From positions 3,314 through 67,313 of the forward strand of contig JBBAXA010000014.1 of the NCBI GenBank assembly GCA_040396935.1: a stretch of 64,000 bases of DNA. Direction: 5' to 3'. The translations under genes were made by a program, and so were the position numbers. Below are positions 30,076-40,637 of this stretch, in pieces. The first letter of the stretch is position 1; each line of letters begins with the position of its first letter. The notes below the pieces were generated by a model, which made no database searches, had not been told where the DNA came from, and saw nothing but the letters and a program-made list of their open reading frames with translations. This stretch comes from Pirellula sp. (GTDB lineage: Bacteria; Planctomycetota; Planctomycetia; Pirellulales; Pirellulaceae).

Positions 30076-31584
30076 ATGAATGTTGACTTCCCTACTCCGG
30101 AACCTGTCCGTGTGTGGACCCATTTTTTTGATTTGGTAGCCGTCCCGAGACCTTCCAAAAATGAAGGGGCCGCGATCGACCATATCGAGCGCTGGGCACA
30201 GCGGCTCGGCTACCTCGCGTTGCGGGACAAGGCGAATAATCTCGCGGTTCATGTCCCTGCGACTAGGGGCTCTGCGAGCCCCGTGATTCTCCAGTGCCAC
30301 GTCGATATCGTCTCCGTTACGGTTGAGGGAAACCCCGTCGGTGCCGATGCATCGCACGGTCGCATACCGATGGTCCGAGGAGACTTCGATCCGAAACAGA
30401 GTAAACGCTTGGCCCCGAATCCCGAAGGGGATTGGATCAATGCCCCTTACACCACGCTGGGTGCTGATAACGGGATTGGGGTTGCGATGATGATGGCGCT
30501 CGCTGAAAAGACGGATCGACCATGCCCACTTCAGTTGCTCTTCACAATCGACGAAGAACAGGGAATGACAGGTGCCATCGGATTGGAACCTGAGAAATTA
30601 AAATTGAACGGTCAGCGATTGATTAATATCGATACCGAGGACGACGACGAAATCACGGTTGGATCGTGCGGTGGTCGGGATGTCGAGGTCGTCTGGGAGA
30701 GTCCATGGCACCATTCCTCGCTCCCTTGCTGCTTCCGCCTCCATATCGATGGGATCAAAGGTGGGCATTCGGGCGTCGAGATCAACCAGGGACGAGCCAA
30801 TGCCAATCGTCTTGCCGCTCGACTGCTCAATGCCATCTCGGAGATCACTCCGATCGAACTGGTGGAGTGGAAGGGAGGAAGTCGACGCAACGCGATTCCC
30901 GACCGGAGTACGGTCGTCTTCGCCATGGATCCATCTCGGTTTTCAAAAGTCAATTCCTTGGTCTCCGAGTTCCGAGCCCAATTCGATCGGCTCTATAAGG
31001 ACCGAGACAATCCAGTGAGCATGGATCTGGAACGGGTGCAGGATTCGGTAGGACTCGCGTTAAGCAGCGAAGCGAGCCGTGTCTTTATGCGTATGGTTCA
31101 GGCGATTCCGACTGGGATCTGCGAGATGACCCCCGAACTCCCATTGCTTGTGGAATCCTCATGCAATCTAGCCCTGATCGATTTGCAATCCTCGAGACCA
31201 GCCGTGATCACTTGCAGCGTCCGGGGAACGACCCCTGAGTCGTTGACCGATGTCTCGGACTCGATCGCTGCAGTCGCTCATCTGGGTGGAGGTAAGACGA
31301 AAATGGCAGATGGATATCCCGGATGGAAACCCCACCTCGATTCGGAACTGCTACATGTCGCGACGCAGCAGTATGAACAATTGTTCCACTCCCAACCCAA
31401 AGTGCACGCGATTCATGCTGGCCTCGAATGCGGTCTCCTGGTCGAGAAACTCCCAGGCTTGCACGCCATCTCGATAGGTCCGACCATCAAAGGAAATCAT
31501 GCCGTCGGCGAACGGGTCCAAATCAGCTCCGTTGCCAAGTCCTATCGGTATGTTGAGGCCATCCTGGACGCCTTGCACTCGTAG
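30076..31584 (+). CDS. pepD: PepD-type aminoacyl-histidine (beta-Ala-His) dipeptidase, M20C
   Basis: LQCHVD, TLGADNGIG, TIDEEQG, INIDTE, GGHSG, YPGWKP, IHAGLECG; start trimmed to MNVDFP. Confidence 0.88.
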   Translation: MNVDFPTPEPVRVWTHFFDLVAVPRPSKNEGAAIDHIERWAQRLGYLALRDKANNLAVHVPATRGSASPVILQCHVDIVSVTVEGNPVGADASHGRIPMVRGDFDPKQSKRLAPNPEGDWINAPYTTLGADNGIGVAMMMALAEKTDRPCPLQLLFTIDEEQGMTGAIGLEPEKLKLNGQRLINIDTEDDDEITVGSCGGRDVEVVWESPWHHSSLPCCFRLHIDGIKGGHSGVEINQGRANANRLAARLLNAISEITPIELVEWKGGSRRNAIPDRSTVVFAMDPSRFSKVNSLVSEFRAQFDRLYKDRDNPVSMDLERVQDSVGLALSSEASRVFMRMVQAIPTGICEMTPELPLLVESSCNLALIDLQSSRPAVITCSVRGTTPESLTDVSDSIAAVAHLGGGKTKMADGYPGWKPHLDSELLHVATQQYEQLFHSQPKVHAIHAGLECGLLVEKLPGLHAISIGPTIKGNHAVGERVQISSVAKSYRYVEAILDALHS

Positions 31585-31952
31585 TCTTTGTTCGTCAGCA
31601 CCAGCCTCCCCTCGTGGGGCAAGGCCCGATGTTTAACGCCATGGCTTGGGGTGGCGATCTAGCACACGTGCTATTTCCTCGCGAGCTTTTGTGGTCGCGG
31701 TGGGATCCCGCTCGGTAAGTGAATCCATTGCATCGGTTGACCGAGCTTTCTCTTCCAAAAACTGGACCATGGTCGCCCCACTTTTCGGCTATTTCGTAGC
31801 AAATCGTTGCCCCGATGGGCCAAGTGAGGCGATGTGGCCAAGCCTGAAAAAGAATGGCAGCATTTCAAAATAGGGTATTTGGTATTCCCCTCGAAGGCCC
31901 CGATTCGACTATACTATCGGTCCAGCCTCCCCCTCCCCAGCCATCCCCTTTT

Positions 31953-32891
31953 ATGGCGAGAACGTTGATGCGTTGTTTCAATCAAGCGCTGTTAGCTTCG
32001 TTCGTTTCGGTGGTGCCTAGTTTTTCTTATGGACAAGGCGGTCCGACTGAATTGATTGCTTCGGCTAAGTCTGTTCCCAGTATTGTCAAAGAATCCCGAG
32101 CGACTCTTTCGACTACCAAGCCCCATTCGGGAACGGTTCTGTTGTGTGGCGGAGGCCCGATACCTCACCAGATTCGAGAGAATTTTCATGATCGAGGGAA
32201 AGGGGATAAGGGGTCGTTGGTGGTGATTCCGACCGCGTCCTCGATCGCCGACCTAGGGGACTATACCTATTGGATCGATTTCTGGGGAGCATTTCGCTGG
32301 GGCAGTTTAGATATTGTGCACTTACAGGATCGAGATGCCGCCATGGCGGATGAAAAAGCGGTCCGCAAGCTGGAGAGCGCCACTGCGGTGTGGATCGGCG
32401 GTGGCGACCAGAGTCGATTGGCGGAACGCTACCTTGGGACGCCCATCGAGGCAGCCATCCATTCCGTCTTGGGGCGTGGGGGAATCGTGGGCGGGACGAG
32501 CGCGGGTGCAGCGATTGCATCCAGCCTGATGATCTCCGGAGGATGGAACGATCCTAAACTCGCTTCCGGCTTTCCGCTCCTCCCCAAAGCCATTGTCGAT
32601 CAGCATTTCACCCAGAAGCGACGCTTCGAGCGGCTCGCCCGTGCCGTTTACTCCAACCCTGAGCGAACGGGTATTGGAGTCGATGAATCCACGGGCGTTT
32701 TCATCTCGCGAGAGAAGGCAAAGGTCGTCGGAGATGGCGCTGTGTACGTCTATCGGGCGACCGCCAATCCGCCGAGCGAGCCACAGGTGGATTCCCACGA
32801 TCCGATCAACACTTTTCTGAGCATCGAAACAGCCCGTTTGCTGCCGGGAGATGAAATCGACGCACGCGACCTGGACGTTTTCGGTCATTGA
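31953..32891 (+). CDS. cphB: Cyanophycinase (peptidase S51) with probable signal peptide
   Basis: LCGGG, IPTAS, WIGGGDQSRL, GGTSAGAA (Ser), DQHFTQKRRFERL (His), GVDEST (Glu); N-terminus MARTLMRCFNQALLASFVSVVPSFSYG. Confidence 0.85.
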   Translation: MARTLMRCFNQALLASFVSVVPSFSYGQGGPTELIASAKSVPSIVKESRATLSTTKPHSGTVLLCGGGPIPHQIRENFHDRGKGDKGSLVVIPTASSIADLGDYTYWIDFWGAFRWGSLDIVHLQDRDAAMADEKAVRKLESATAVWIGGGDQSRLAERYLGTPIEAAIHSVLGRGGIVGGTSAGAAIASSLMISGGWNDPKLASGFPLLPKAIVDQHFTQKRRFERLARAVYSNPERTGIGVDESTGVFISREKAKVVGDGAVYVYRATANPPSEPQVDSHDPINTFLSIETARLLPGDEIDARDLDVFGH

Positions 32892-32907
32892 GCCAACAAT
32901 CGGGTCT

Positions 32908-33327
32908 ATGATTGAAATTACTCCAGACCCGATTCCCGTCGCGAAACTCGTAGAACTCGCCTCCGATGAGTCGTGCGGTGCCACGGTTCTGTTTCTAGGT
33001 TCGACCCGGCGATGGACCAACGGTCAGGAAACCGCCTATCTCGAATACGAGGCCTACACGGAGATGGCGTTGGTCAAGATGCAGGAGTTAGCATCCGAGG
33101 CTCGAACGCGATGGCCCGTGAAGAAAATTATCCTGGTCCATCGTGTGGGAAAGGTCGATATCTGCGAGCCGAGTGTTGCCGTTGTGGTGAGTTCGCCTCA
33201 TCGAGCCGAAGCGTTCGAATCGGGGCAGTGGCTGATCGACGAGCTCAAGAAACAAGTTCCCATCTGGAAGAAGGAGTGGTTTTTAGCTCAGGGCCCTGCT
33301 TGGATCCATCCGGTTCCATCCGAATGA
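32908..33327 (+). CDS. moaE: Molybdopterin synthase catalytic subunit
   Basis: GATVLFLGSTR, LEYEAYTEMA, HRVGKV, SSPHRAEAF, LKKQVPIWKKE. Confidence 0.95.
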   Translation: MIEITPDPIPVAKLVELASDESCGATVLFLGSTRRWTNGQETAYLEYEAYTEMALVKMQELASEARTRWPVKKIILVHRVGKVDICEPSVAVVVSSPHRAEAFESGQWLIDELKKQVPIWKKEWFLAQGPAWIHPVPSE

Positions 33328-34325
33328 CCTCGACCTTTCCTCCTCTCGTAGACTCCTTCGGTAGAGTCCATAGCTCGTTGCGGATCAGCGTCACCGATGC
33401 GTGCAACATCCGTTGTCGTTACTGCATGCCGGAGATGGTCAACGGGTTCTTACCTAGCCATCGATTGATGACCTTCGAGGAAATCGAACGGATTGTTCGA
33501 GTCCTAAGCCGTGCGGGGATTCGTAAAGTTCGACTCACCGGGGGTGAGCCTCTCATGCGTTCCGGCCTCGATCGACTCATCGAGCAACTAGCGTCGATCG
33601 AGAATCTCGAGCAGATCGCGATGACCACAAACGGGATGCTGCTACCGCCGATCGTCGAGTCTTTAGCGGATGCGGGTCTTACGCACATCAATATTTCATT
33701 AGACACGTTGCGAGAGGAGGCATTTCATACGATGTCGCGACGCGAGGGGATCGATCAGGTGATCGCGGGAATTGATGCAGCGATGAAGACTCCATTGCAC
33801 ATTCGCCTCAATGCTTTGATCCTGCGTGGGATCAATCTTTCGGACTGTGTGCCCTTGGTGGATTTTGCTCGTCAACGCGGGATCTTCATCCGTTTCATTG
33901 AGTTCATGCCCCTGGACGCTGATCGACAATGGAGTCGTGATCAAGTCGTATCGGGAGAAGAAGTGCGCAGCCTTTTGGAAGACCATTTCGGATCGCTGGT
34001 TCCGCTCGGACGAAACGATCCTGCGCAGCCGTCCAACGACTATGGTTTCGAGGATGGGCGAGGTGGTGTGGGTTTCATCGATCCGGTGTCGAAGCCGTTT
34101 TGTGGGGATTGCAATCGACTGCGACTCACCGCCGATGGAAAATTTCGGAATTGTCTCTTCGGCCGGGATGAGTGGGACGTGCGAAAGGCGATTGCGAACG
34201 GGGCTACCGACGAAAGTCTCTACTCCATCGCCGCTGCCTGCGTGCGAAACAAATACGCATCGCATGGGATTTCCACGAGTACTTTCCAGCCACCTGATCG
34301 AGCCATGTATCAAATCGGCGGCTAG
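33324..34325 (+). CDS. moaA: GTP 3',8-cyclase
   Basis: LRISVTDACNIRCRYC (radical SAM), RLTGGEP, FCGDCNRLRLTADGKFRNC, C-terminal IGG; ATGA overlap with moaE. Confidence 0.97.
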   Translation: MTSTFPPLVDSFGRVHSSLRISVTDACNIRCRYCMPEMVNGFLPSHRLMTFEEIERIVRVLSRAGIRKVRLTGGEPLMRSGLDRLIEQLASIENLEQIAMTTNGMLLPPIVESLADAGLTHINISLDTLREEAFHTMSRREGIDQVIAGIDAAMKTPLHIRLNALILRGINLSDCVPLVDFARQRGIFIRFIEFMPLDADRQWSRDQVVSGEEVRSLLEDHFGSLVPLGRNDPAQPSNDYGFEDGRGGVGFIDPVSKPFCGDCNRLRLTADGKFRNCLFGRDEWDVRKAIANGATDESLYSIAAACVRNKYASHGISTSTFQPPDRAMYQIGG

Positions 34326-34749
34326 AGATTGCGGATTCTCTAGGCGTCCAACCCGGAGCGCATGCGGTTGTTGGACACCTGGTTTCCTCGATACATTATT
34401 TCAGACATGCCGTACGGGACTCGATCGAAAAAGATTTAGTCGTGTGTCAAAGCCCGATTGTTCTGAAAGCGGAATCGATAGGGTTTCATTGTTGTTTTTC
34501 GGGGTCTTGGTCGCAGTTCTGACCGTAGAAGGAGAGGCTCCAAAGCGTCGAGCGGTTTCATGCTCGAGATGAGACGCCCTCCTGGGCCAGGATTGCCAAC
34601 GAGATCATCGCTCGTAGAGACAGGATGCAAGGGGCACAAAGCGCGGAGTAAAATAGAGGGATTGGCGACCTGCATGGCGGTACAGAGAGATGCCGGTCCG
34701 ATCCGAGAAACCAACGTTTACGATCTACTTGCAGTGCTCTTTGCAGTGC

Positions 34750-36390
34750 TTAACGACGATTCATGGCCCGGTATTGTCGAATCAGCTGGTTGGTAGAACT
34801 GTCATGTTCCAGGGGAGGAATGACGGGTGATTCGATCTCGGGCACGATTCGCTGAGCGAGTGCTTTACCCAATTCGACACCCCATTGATCAAACGGATTG
34901 ACACCCCAGATAACCCCTTGGGTGTAAACACTGTGCTCGTACAGAGCAACCAGCGCACCGAGGATCCTAGGGGTTAGCTTTTGGATGAGCAGAGTATTGG
35001 AGGGGCGATTCCCCTCAAAGACACGATGTGGAACGAGCCAATCCTGCGTCCGCTCGTTTCGGACTTCCTCGGCTGTCTTACCGAACGCGAGGGCTTCGCT
35101 TTGGGCCAAAACATTCGCGATCAGCATATCGTGATGTCTACCAATCGGTTCCAGGGATTCCGCGAACGCGATGAAATCGCACGGAACCAGATGCGTCCCT
35201 TGGTGGATGAGTTGGTAAAAGGAATGTTGTCCATTGGTTCCGGGCTCGCCCCAATAGATGGGGCCTGTTGGATACGAGACGGGTTCTCCATCGAGTGTCA
35301 CCCGTTTGCCGTTGCTTTCCATCGTTAATTGTTGGAGGTAAGCGGGAAAACGTTTGAGGTAGTTTTCATAGGGAAGTACCGCCGTCGACTGTGCGCCGAA
35401 AAAGTTGGTGTACCATACTGTGAGCAGTCCCATCAAAACGGGGATATTTTCGGAGAAAGGAGCGGTTCGAAAATGCTCGTCCATTTCATGGAATCCGGAC
35501 AGCATCTCGCTGAATCGGTCGGGACCGACGGCGATCATGGTCGACAATCCGATGGCGGAGTCCATCGAGTAACGACCACCGACCCAATCCCAAAAGCCGA
35601 ACATATTTCTGGTATCGATTCCAAAATCGGCAACCTTTGCAGCATTGGTAGAGACTGCAACGAAATGCTTTGCCACCGCAGCGACGTCGCCCGAGTAGTG
35701 TTTGAGAAGCCAACCGCGGGCTGTTTCCGCATTGGTCATCGTCTCGAGTGTGGTGAATGTTTTGGAAGCGACGATAAACAACGTCTGTTCCGGATCTAGA
35801 TCCTCGGTTGCCTCGTAGAAATCCATACCGTCGACATTGGATACGAATCGCATCGTCAGCGATCTGTCGCTGTAATACCGGAGGGCCTCGTAAGCCATCA
35901 CCGGGCCCAAGTCCGATCCACCGATACCGATATTGATGACATTCCGGATCGGCTTCCCTGTATGTCCCCTCCACTCGCCGTTTCTCACTCGCGAGGAGAA
36001 AGAAGCCATCCTGTCCAGCACTTCATGAACGTCGGCAACCACGTTTCGTCCATCGACCAGAAGCGTTTGATTTCCCGGCATCCTCAGTGCAATGTGTAGT
36101 ACCGAACGATTCTCTGTCACATTGATCCGATCGCCGCGAAACATGGCATCGATCCGATCGCGAAGATTTCGCTCCTCTGCCAGCTGAATCAATAGTTTTA
36201 GCGTTTGGTCCGTGATCCGATTTTTCGAGTAATCGAGATAGATCCCCGCTGCCTCGACTCGAAATTCCTTTCCTCTTCGCGGATTGGAGTTGAACAAGTC
36301 ACGCAGATGGAGCGTTTTGATCGTTCGATGATGTTCACCGAGGAGTGACCATGAGGTACACTCCGACAAGGGGCGTCGCGATCCAGCCAT
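34750..36390 (-). CDS. pgi: Glucose-6-phosphate isomerase
   Basis: [61 protein letters not shown]. Confidence 0.98.
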   Translation of the reverse strand: MAGSRRPLSECTSWSLLGEHHRTIKTLHLRDLFNSNPRRGKEFRVEAAGIYLDYSKNRITDQTLKLLIQLAEERNLRDRIDAMFRGDRINVTENRSVLHIALRMPGNQTLLVDGRNVVADVHEVLDRMASFSSRVRNGEWRGHTGKPIRNVINIGIGGSDLGPVMAYEALRYYSDRSLTMRFVSNVDGMDFYEATEDLDPEQTLFIVASKTFTTLETMTNAETARGWLLKHYSGDVAAVAKHFVAVSTNAAKVADFGIDTRNMFGFWDWVGGRYSMDSAIGLSTMIAVGPDRFSEMLSGFHEMDEHFRTAPFSENIPVLMGLLTVWYTNFFGAQSTAVLPYENYLKRFPAYLQQLTMESNGKRVTLDGEPVSYPTGPIYWGEPGTNGQHSFYQLIHQGTHLVPCDFIAFAESLEPIGRHHDMLIANVLAQSEALAFGKTAEEVRNERTQDWLVPHRVFEGNRPSNTLLIQKLTPRILGALVALYEHSVYTQGVIWGVNPFDQWGVELGKALAQRIVPEIESPVIPPLEHDSSTNQLIRQYRAMNRR

Positions 36391-36423
36391 GTGTTTCATC
36401 CTCTCCACATAACGAGTCGTTGC

Positions 36424-38994
36424 TTACTCATACTGCAAAGCAGTCGAGACATTGAGTCGAGCTGCACGCTCTGCAGGTACTAACGCAGCAATGACCACGA
36501 CGAGCAATTCGAACAGCAATCCTCCCCCTAGCAGCCAAGGGTAGATTCTGAATTGAACGTCGTGTCCTGTCACTTGCATGGTCGTCAGGTTGATCAGATA
36601 GGATATCCAGATCCCTGTGAAAACGCCGGGAACGATACCGATCAAACCCATGATCAACGCTTGGGATAAGATCATTTTTCTTACCTGGGCTCGCGTCATA
36701 GCCACCACACGCAGCATACCGATCTCGCGTGTTTGCTCCAAAATATTCATGGCTAGCGTATTGATGAGCCCAAAGGCGGCGATGATCGAACCCAAAATGA
36801 GAACGGACCATAGCCCACCCGTTACGCCATTGAGTGTATCGCGAATGATTTTGACGAGGTCCGCGTAGGATTGAAACATCAAACCCGTCTCATCGCACAG
36901 CGCTCGCAGTTGACGATCGACCGATTGGTTCTGCCCCTTCTCGGACCGAACGACAATCACGTCGGTTCCATCGACATTCATCAATCGTTTGGCATTTTCC
37001 GCTTCGAGGTAAAGAGTCAGTCCACCTGCGATGTATTCATTGGTGACACCTGCGATCCGCAATTCAGTCGCTCCCTCGTTGGTTTCGAGCGGAATTCGAT
37101 CTCCGGCATGTAGATTCAGTCTCTGCGACAGCACCGAACCGAGGACCACCTCACCCTTTCGGATACCTGCCATCACCTCCACTTCGTTTCCTTCGATCAA
37201 ATCGAAGTAATCCTGTTCCGGAGAATTGAATTTGCGAACAACAACAATCACCGAATTAGTTCCTGTCCGAGCCCGGACGAATCGGAGCGTATCCACCATG
37301 GAGACACCCGCCATCGCCGAAACTTGATCGGTCAGCCCATTGGGCATGTCTGCCGCTTGTCCACTGTTCATGTCCGGCATCGCTGCGCGAATAAAAAAAT
37401 CACCGATGATCGCTCGCTGGTACCAACCCTCGACGTTCCCGATAAAGTCGAGGATGGTACTGGCCATACCCGAACCAAAGCTCATCGCGATAAAGACGAT
37501 CCCGATCGTCAACGAGGACCTGCCTCGATGACGCATGATTTGCCGCCGAGCTAATGCTGCCTCTGTCTTAAGAAATGGAGAGAGACACCAACTGACGGTT
37601 CGAGTCAGTTGATCGATCACTCCGGGGAGCAAAAAAACGATACCAATCACCATGGCCGTAGCACCGGTAATCGCATGCCCGACATCGATGATTCCGGAAA
37701 CGGAACAGATTTGCACCACGACGCCGATCGTGATCATCGTGCTACCGAACACGAGCCATCCGACGCGCGATGTTCCGAATTCTCCGGATGCGACGACACG
37801 CATCGCTTCTGCAGGTGATAAACGAGAGGCTCGTAACGCAGGAAAAAAAGCACCTATGAATGCGACCACTAAACCGGCAATGGCAGCGGTGACGTATGGC
37901 CAGAACGTCCATGGGCTCGGAGGAATCGAAATCTGCAGCAGCTTCGCCGTCGATTGATTCAGGACACGAGCTCCAATATTGCCGACCACGCATCCGATGA
38001 GGACTCCGATCACTCCCAGCCAAAGCCCCTCGCGCACGATCATCCAAAGGAGTTGTTTTCTCAGCGCGCCCATCGATCTCAGAATGCCCAGCTGGCGTCG
38101 ACGTTCGCCGACGTTCATCTGGAACGTATTGTAGATAATGAACGCAGCGATGAGCAAAGCGGAGGCTGTCGCTAAGCGTAAACCCTGTTGCATCGCGACC
38201 GTACTCTCCCCAGAGATCTGACTGCGCAATGAGGGTTCACGAACCTTGACCCCCTCGGGCAATTGCTTGGCAATGCCCGAAATCATTTCGGACGGCTTTT
38301 TGTCCTGGGTTAGAACGATTTGTACCGCATCGAGTTTCCCGTTGGCTTGTGACCAGCGTTGCACTGTTGAAAGTTGTGCTACGACCAATCCCGACTGCAA
38401 GCCTGCGCTGGCATCCTTCGCTTTGATCAACCCGATCACGGTAGCGGTTTGCCCGAAGGACCGCGTCAGCAACTTTACCTGCGTACCGACTTGGATGCGT
38501 GCGGATGCTGCAAAACCGATGTCCATCAGAATCGAGGCTTTGTCCGAGGCGTCGTTCGTCAGCTCCTTACCCTCGAGAACGGTGTAGCCTCGAACTTGGC
38601 GATCCAATTCAGGGATCACACCCATCAGCTGCACTCGAAACGACTTCGGGACTTTGCGTTCCGAAGACGCAGTTGTCTCCTTGTCATCGCCCCCGGAGAC
38701 GATCTGCATATTCGAAAAGCGACGCAGGATGGGAGATGCGACCTCGACACCCTCCAGCCCCGACACGAATTCTAGAGGTTTACCATCAAACGAGGCGCCG
38801 CCGATTCCTTCGATCTCGAGGGAGGCGCGACCCGTTACCGATTGGACCATCGCCACCTGGGCCAACTGCGCCGAGTTCGATGCCAACGACGTGGCAACGA
38901 TCGCGCTAACGCCAATCACAATACTCAATAACGTGAGCAAACTTCGCAGAGGACGCCCCTGAATCTCTCGCCATGAGAGTTTTCCGAGAGGCAT
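36424..38994 (-). CDS. FtsX/MacB-like ABC transporter permease
   Basis: RSLLTLLSIVIGV, RRRQLGILRSMGA, EQTREIGMLRVVA, VPAERAARL. Confidence 0.92.
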   Translation of the reverse strand: MPLGKLSWREIQGRPLRSLLTLLSIVIGVSAIVATSLASNSAQLAQVAMVQSVTGRASLEIEGIGGASFDGKPLEFVSGLEGVEVASPILRRFSNMQIVSGGDDKETTASSERKVPKSFRVQLMGVIPELDRQVRGYTVLEGKELTNDASDKASILMDIGFAASARIQVGTQVKLLTRSFGQTATVIGLIKAKDASAGLQSGLVVAQLSTVQRWSQANGKLDAVQIVLTQDKKPSEMISGIAKQLPEGVKVREPSLRSQISGESTVAMQQGLRLATASALLIAAFIIYNTFQMNVGERRRQLGILRSMGALRKQLLWMIVREGLWLGVIGVLIGCVVGNIGARVLNQSTAKLLQISIPPSPWTFWPYVTAAIAGLVVAFIGAFFPALRASRLSPAEAMRVVASGEFGTSRVGWLVFGSTMITIGVVVQICSVSGIIDVGHAITGATAMVIGIVFLLPGVIDQLTRTVSWCLSPFLKTEAALARRQIMRHRGRSSLTIGIVFIAMSFGSGMASTILDFIGNVEGWYQRAIIGDFFIRAAMPDMNSGQAADMPNGLTDQVSAMAGVSMVDTLRFVRARTGTNSVIVVVRKFNSPEQDYFDLIEGNEVEVMAGIRKGEVVLGSVLSQRLNLHAGDRIPLETNEGATELRIAGVTNEYIAGGLTLYLEAENAKRLMNVDGTDVIVVRSEKGQNQSVDRQLRALCDETGLMFQSYADLVKIIRDTLNGVTGGLWSVLILGSIIAAFGLINTLAMNILEQTREIGMLRVVAMTRAQVRKMILSQALIMGLIGIVPGVFTGIWISYLINLTTMQVTGHDVQFRIYPWLLGGGLLFELLVVVIAALVPAERAARLNVSTALQYE

Positions 38995-39776
38995 CAGCGA
39001 TTTCCCTCCGAAAGTACGGGATTCCCAGGTGGAACAGCGGAGCCCTTCGGATACTGGCCCGAGACTGACACGGGAAAGTTACTCGCAAATTCCTCCTGCG
39101 GAATGTCTCGCTCGATACTACCATCTCGAAACAACAACAACCGAAACGCTGACTTGGCGACATTGGCGTCATGCGTCACCATGATGATGGTTTGCTGATG
39201 ATCGCTCGCGAGGCCCCTCAACAGGGATGTCACGCGAGTGCTCTGACGCGAGTCCAAGTTTCCGGTAGGTTCATCCGCTAGCAAAATCGCAGGCTTGATC
39301 GCCAACGCCCTCGCGATCGCGACACGCTGCTGTTCCCCGCCAGACAATCGCGATGGAATATGACTGGCTCGGTGGCTGAGTTCCACACGTTCGAGGGCCT
39401 CCGCAGCGCGGCGATTCGCTTCTTTGGAGTCCACCCCGTCGAGTTCCAGGGGCAAAGCGACGTTCTCTAGAGCCGATAGCGTGGGGATCAAGTTAAAAGC
39501 CTGGAAAACAAATCCAATTCGTCTACGTCGTAGCAGGGTCCGTTCGTCATCCGATAGGTGAGCGATGTCGACCCCATCGAGAATGACTTCGCCGCTCGTC
39601 GGAGGTTCAATCCCTCCCAGAATGCTCATCAACGTACTCTTACCTGACCCCGATGGACCCATCAATGCTACAAATTCGCCGCTTTCAATCGATAAGTCCA
39701 CACCTTTCAGCACCTCGACCGCGACGTCGCCGGTACCGAACTGTTTCTTCAGGTTCCTGGTTTCGATGATTGGCAT
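38994..39776 (-). CDS. ABC transporter ATP-binding protein (LolD/MacB-like)
   Basis: GPSGSGKS, LSGGEQQRVAIARAL, LLADEPTGNLD, MVTHD; 1-nt stop/start overlap with the permease. Confidence 0.95.
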   Translation of the reverse strand: MPIIETRNLKKQFGTGDVAVEVLKGVDLSIESGEFVALMGPSGSGKSTLMSILGGIEPPTSGEVILDGVDIAHLSDDERTLLRRRRIGFVFQAFNLIPTLSALENVALPLELDGVDSKEANRRAAEALERVELSHRASHIPSRLSGGEQQRVAIARALAIKPAILLADEPTGNLDSRQSTRVTSLLRGLASDHQQTIIMVTHDANVAKSAFRLLLFRDGSIERDIPQEEFASNFPVSVSGQYPKGSAVPPGNPVLSEGNR

Positions 39777-40011
39777 TATTTGGATTAGAAAGAAAGCGGA
39801 CTGCAACGAGCAAAGAACAGCGGCGAATCTTGCCAGGATTAGCCAAAATTACGGAAAAGGATAATAGCCGTCCCAGGACATGCTCGGACAGTATATTCCA
39901 TCCAGCCCTCCTACGGGAGACGCCGTCGAGGTCGGTTCACCAAGCTTTTTCTCCTCGGCCACCGTCTCGCAAAGCCCCAAAGATTTGCCTCGGATCCATT
40001 CATGGGCGACC

Positions 40012-40569
40012 TCAGAGGCCGGAACCTGGGCTCCTAAACCTCCATCGCTCGTACCGGGTTGGCCAATCATTTTCCTCATCCGCTGGTACGAAAGACTCTT
40101 CTTCACACGTGTAAGCCCTCAAGTCGAAAGGACTTAAGAAAGTGTCACCCTCGACATTTCCCAAAACGACGGTTCGGTGGATCGTCGAGCAATAGTGGAT
40201 GCACTGCTCGAAAACCTGAGCCCCACCGACGATGAACAGTTTTTGATCGTCTTGGAGTCCTCCGAGGGCCTCCGAGAAAGAATCGGTGACGCGACAGCCC
40301 TCGACCGACAAGCTTCGATTTCGGCTTAATATCCAGGTAGTACGGCCCGGAAGGGGGCGACCGATGGAGTCGTAAGTCTTCCTACCCATGAGCATCGCAT
40401 GCCCCATCGTGATCTTTTTGAATCTTTGCAGATCCTTCTTTAAACGCCAGGGAAGACCATCGTCACGACCGATTATGCCATTTTCCGCAATCGCAACGAT
40501 TGCTTCCACGCGGGGATGAGGGATTTCGATTTCAAATTCCCTTTCGAGAGCCGAGAGCGTCCAAGTCAA
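40012..40569 (-). CDS. folA: Dihydrofolate reductase
   Basis: IVAIAENGIIG, LPWRLKKDLQRFKKIT, MGRKTYDSIGRPLPGR, IVGGAQV, GDTF. Start codon uncertain. Confidence 0.93.
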   Translation of the reverse strand: MTWTLSALEREFEIEIPHPRVEAIVAIAENGIIGRDDGLPWRLKKDLQRFKKITMGHAMLMGRKTYDSIGRPLPGRTTWILSRNRSLSVEGCRVTDSFSEALGGLQDDQKLFIVGGAQVFEQCIHYCSTIHRTVVLGNVEGDTFLSPFDLRAYTCEEESFVPADEENDWPTRYERWRFRSPGSGL

Positions 40570-40637
40570 CTTGCCAATTCGCTATAAAGTGCTGCAGAGG
40601 GAATCATACTCGGGACGGAAAGCTACCACCAGCGAAC

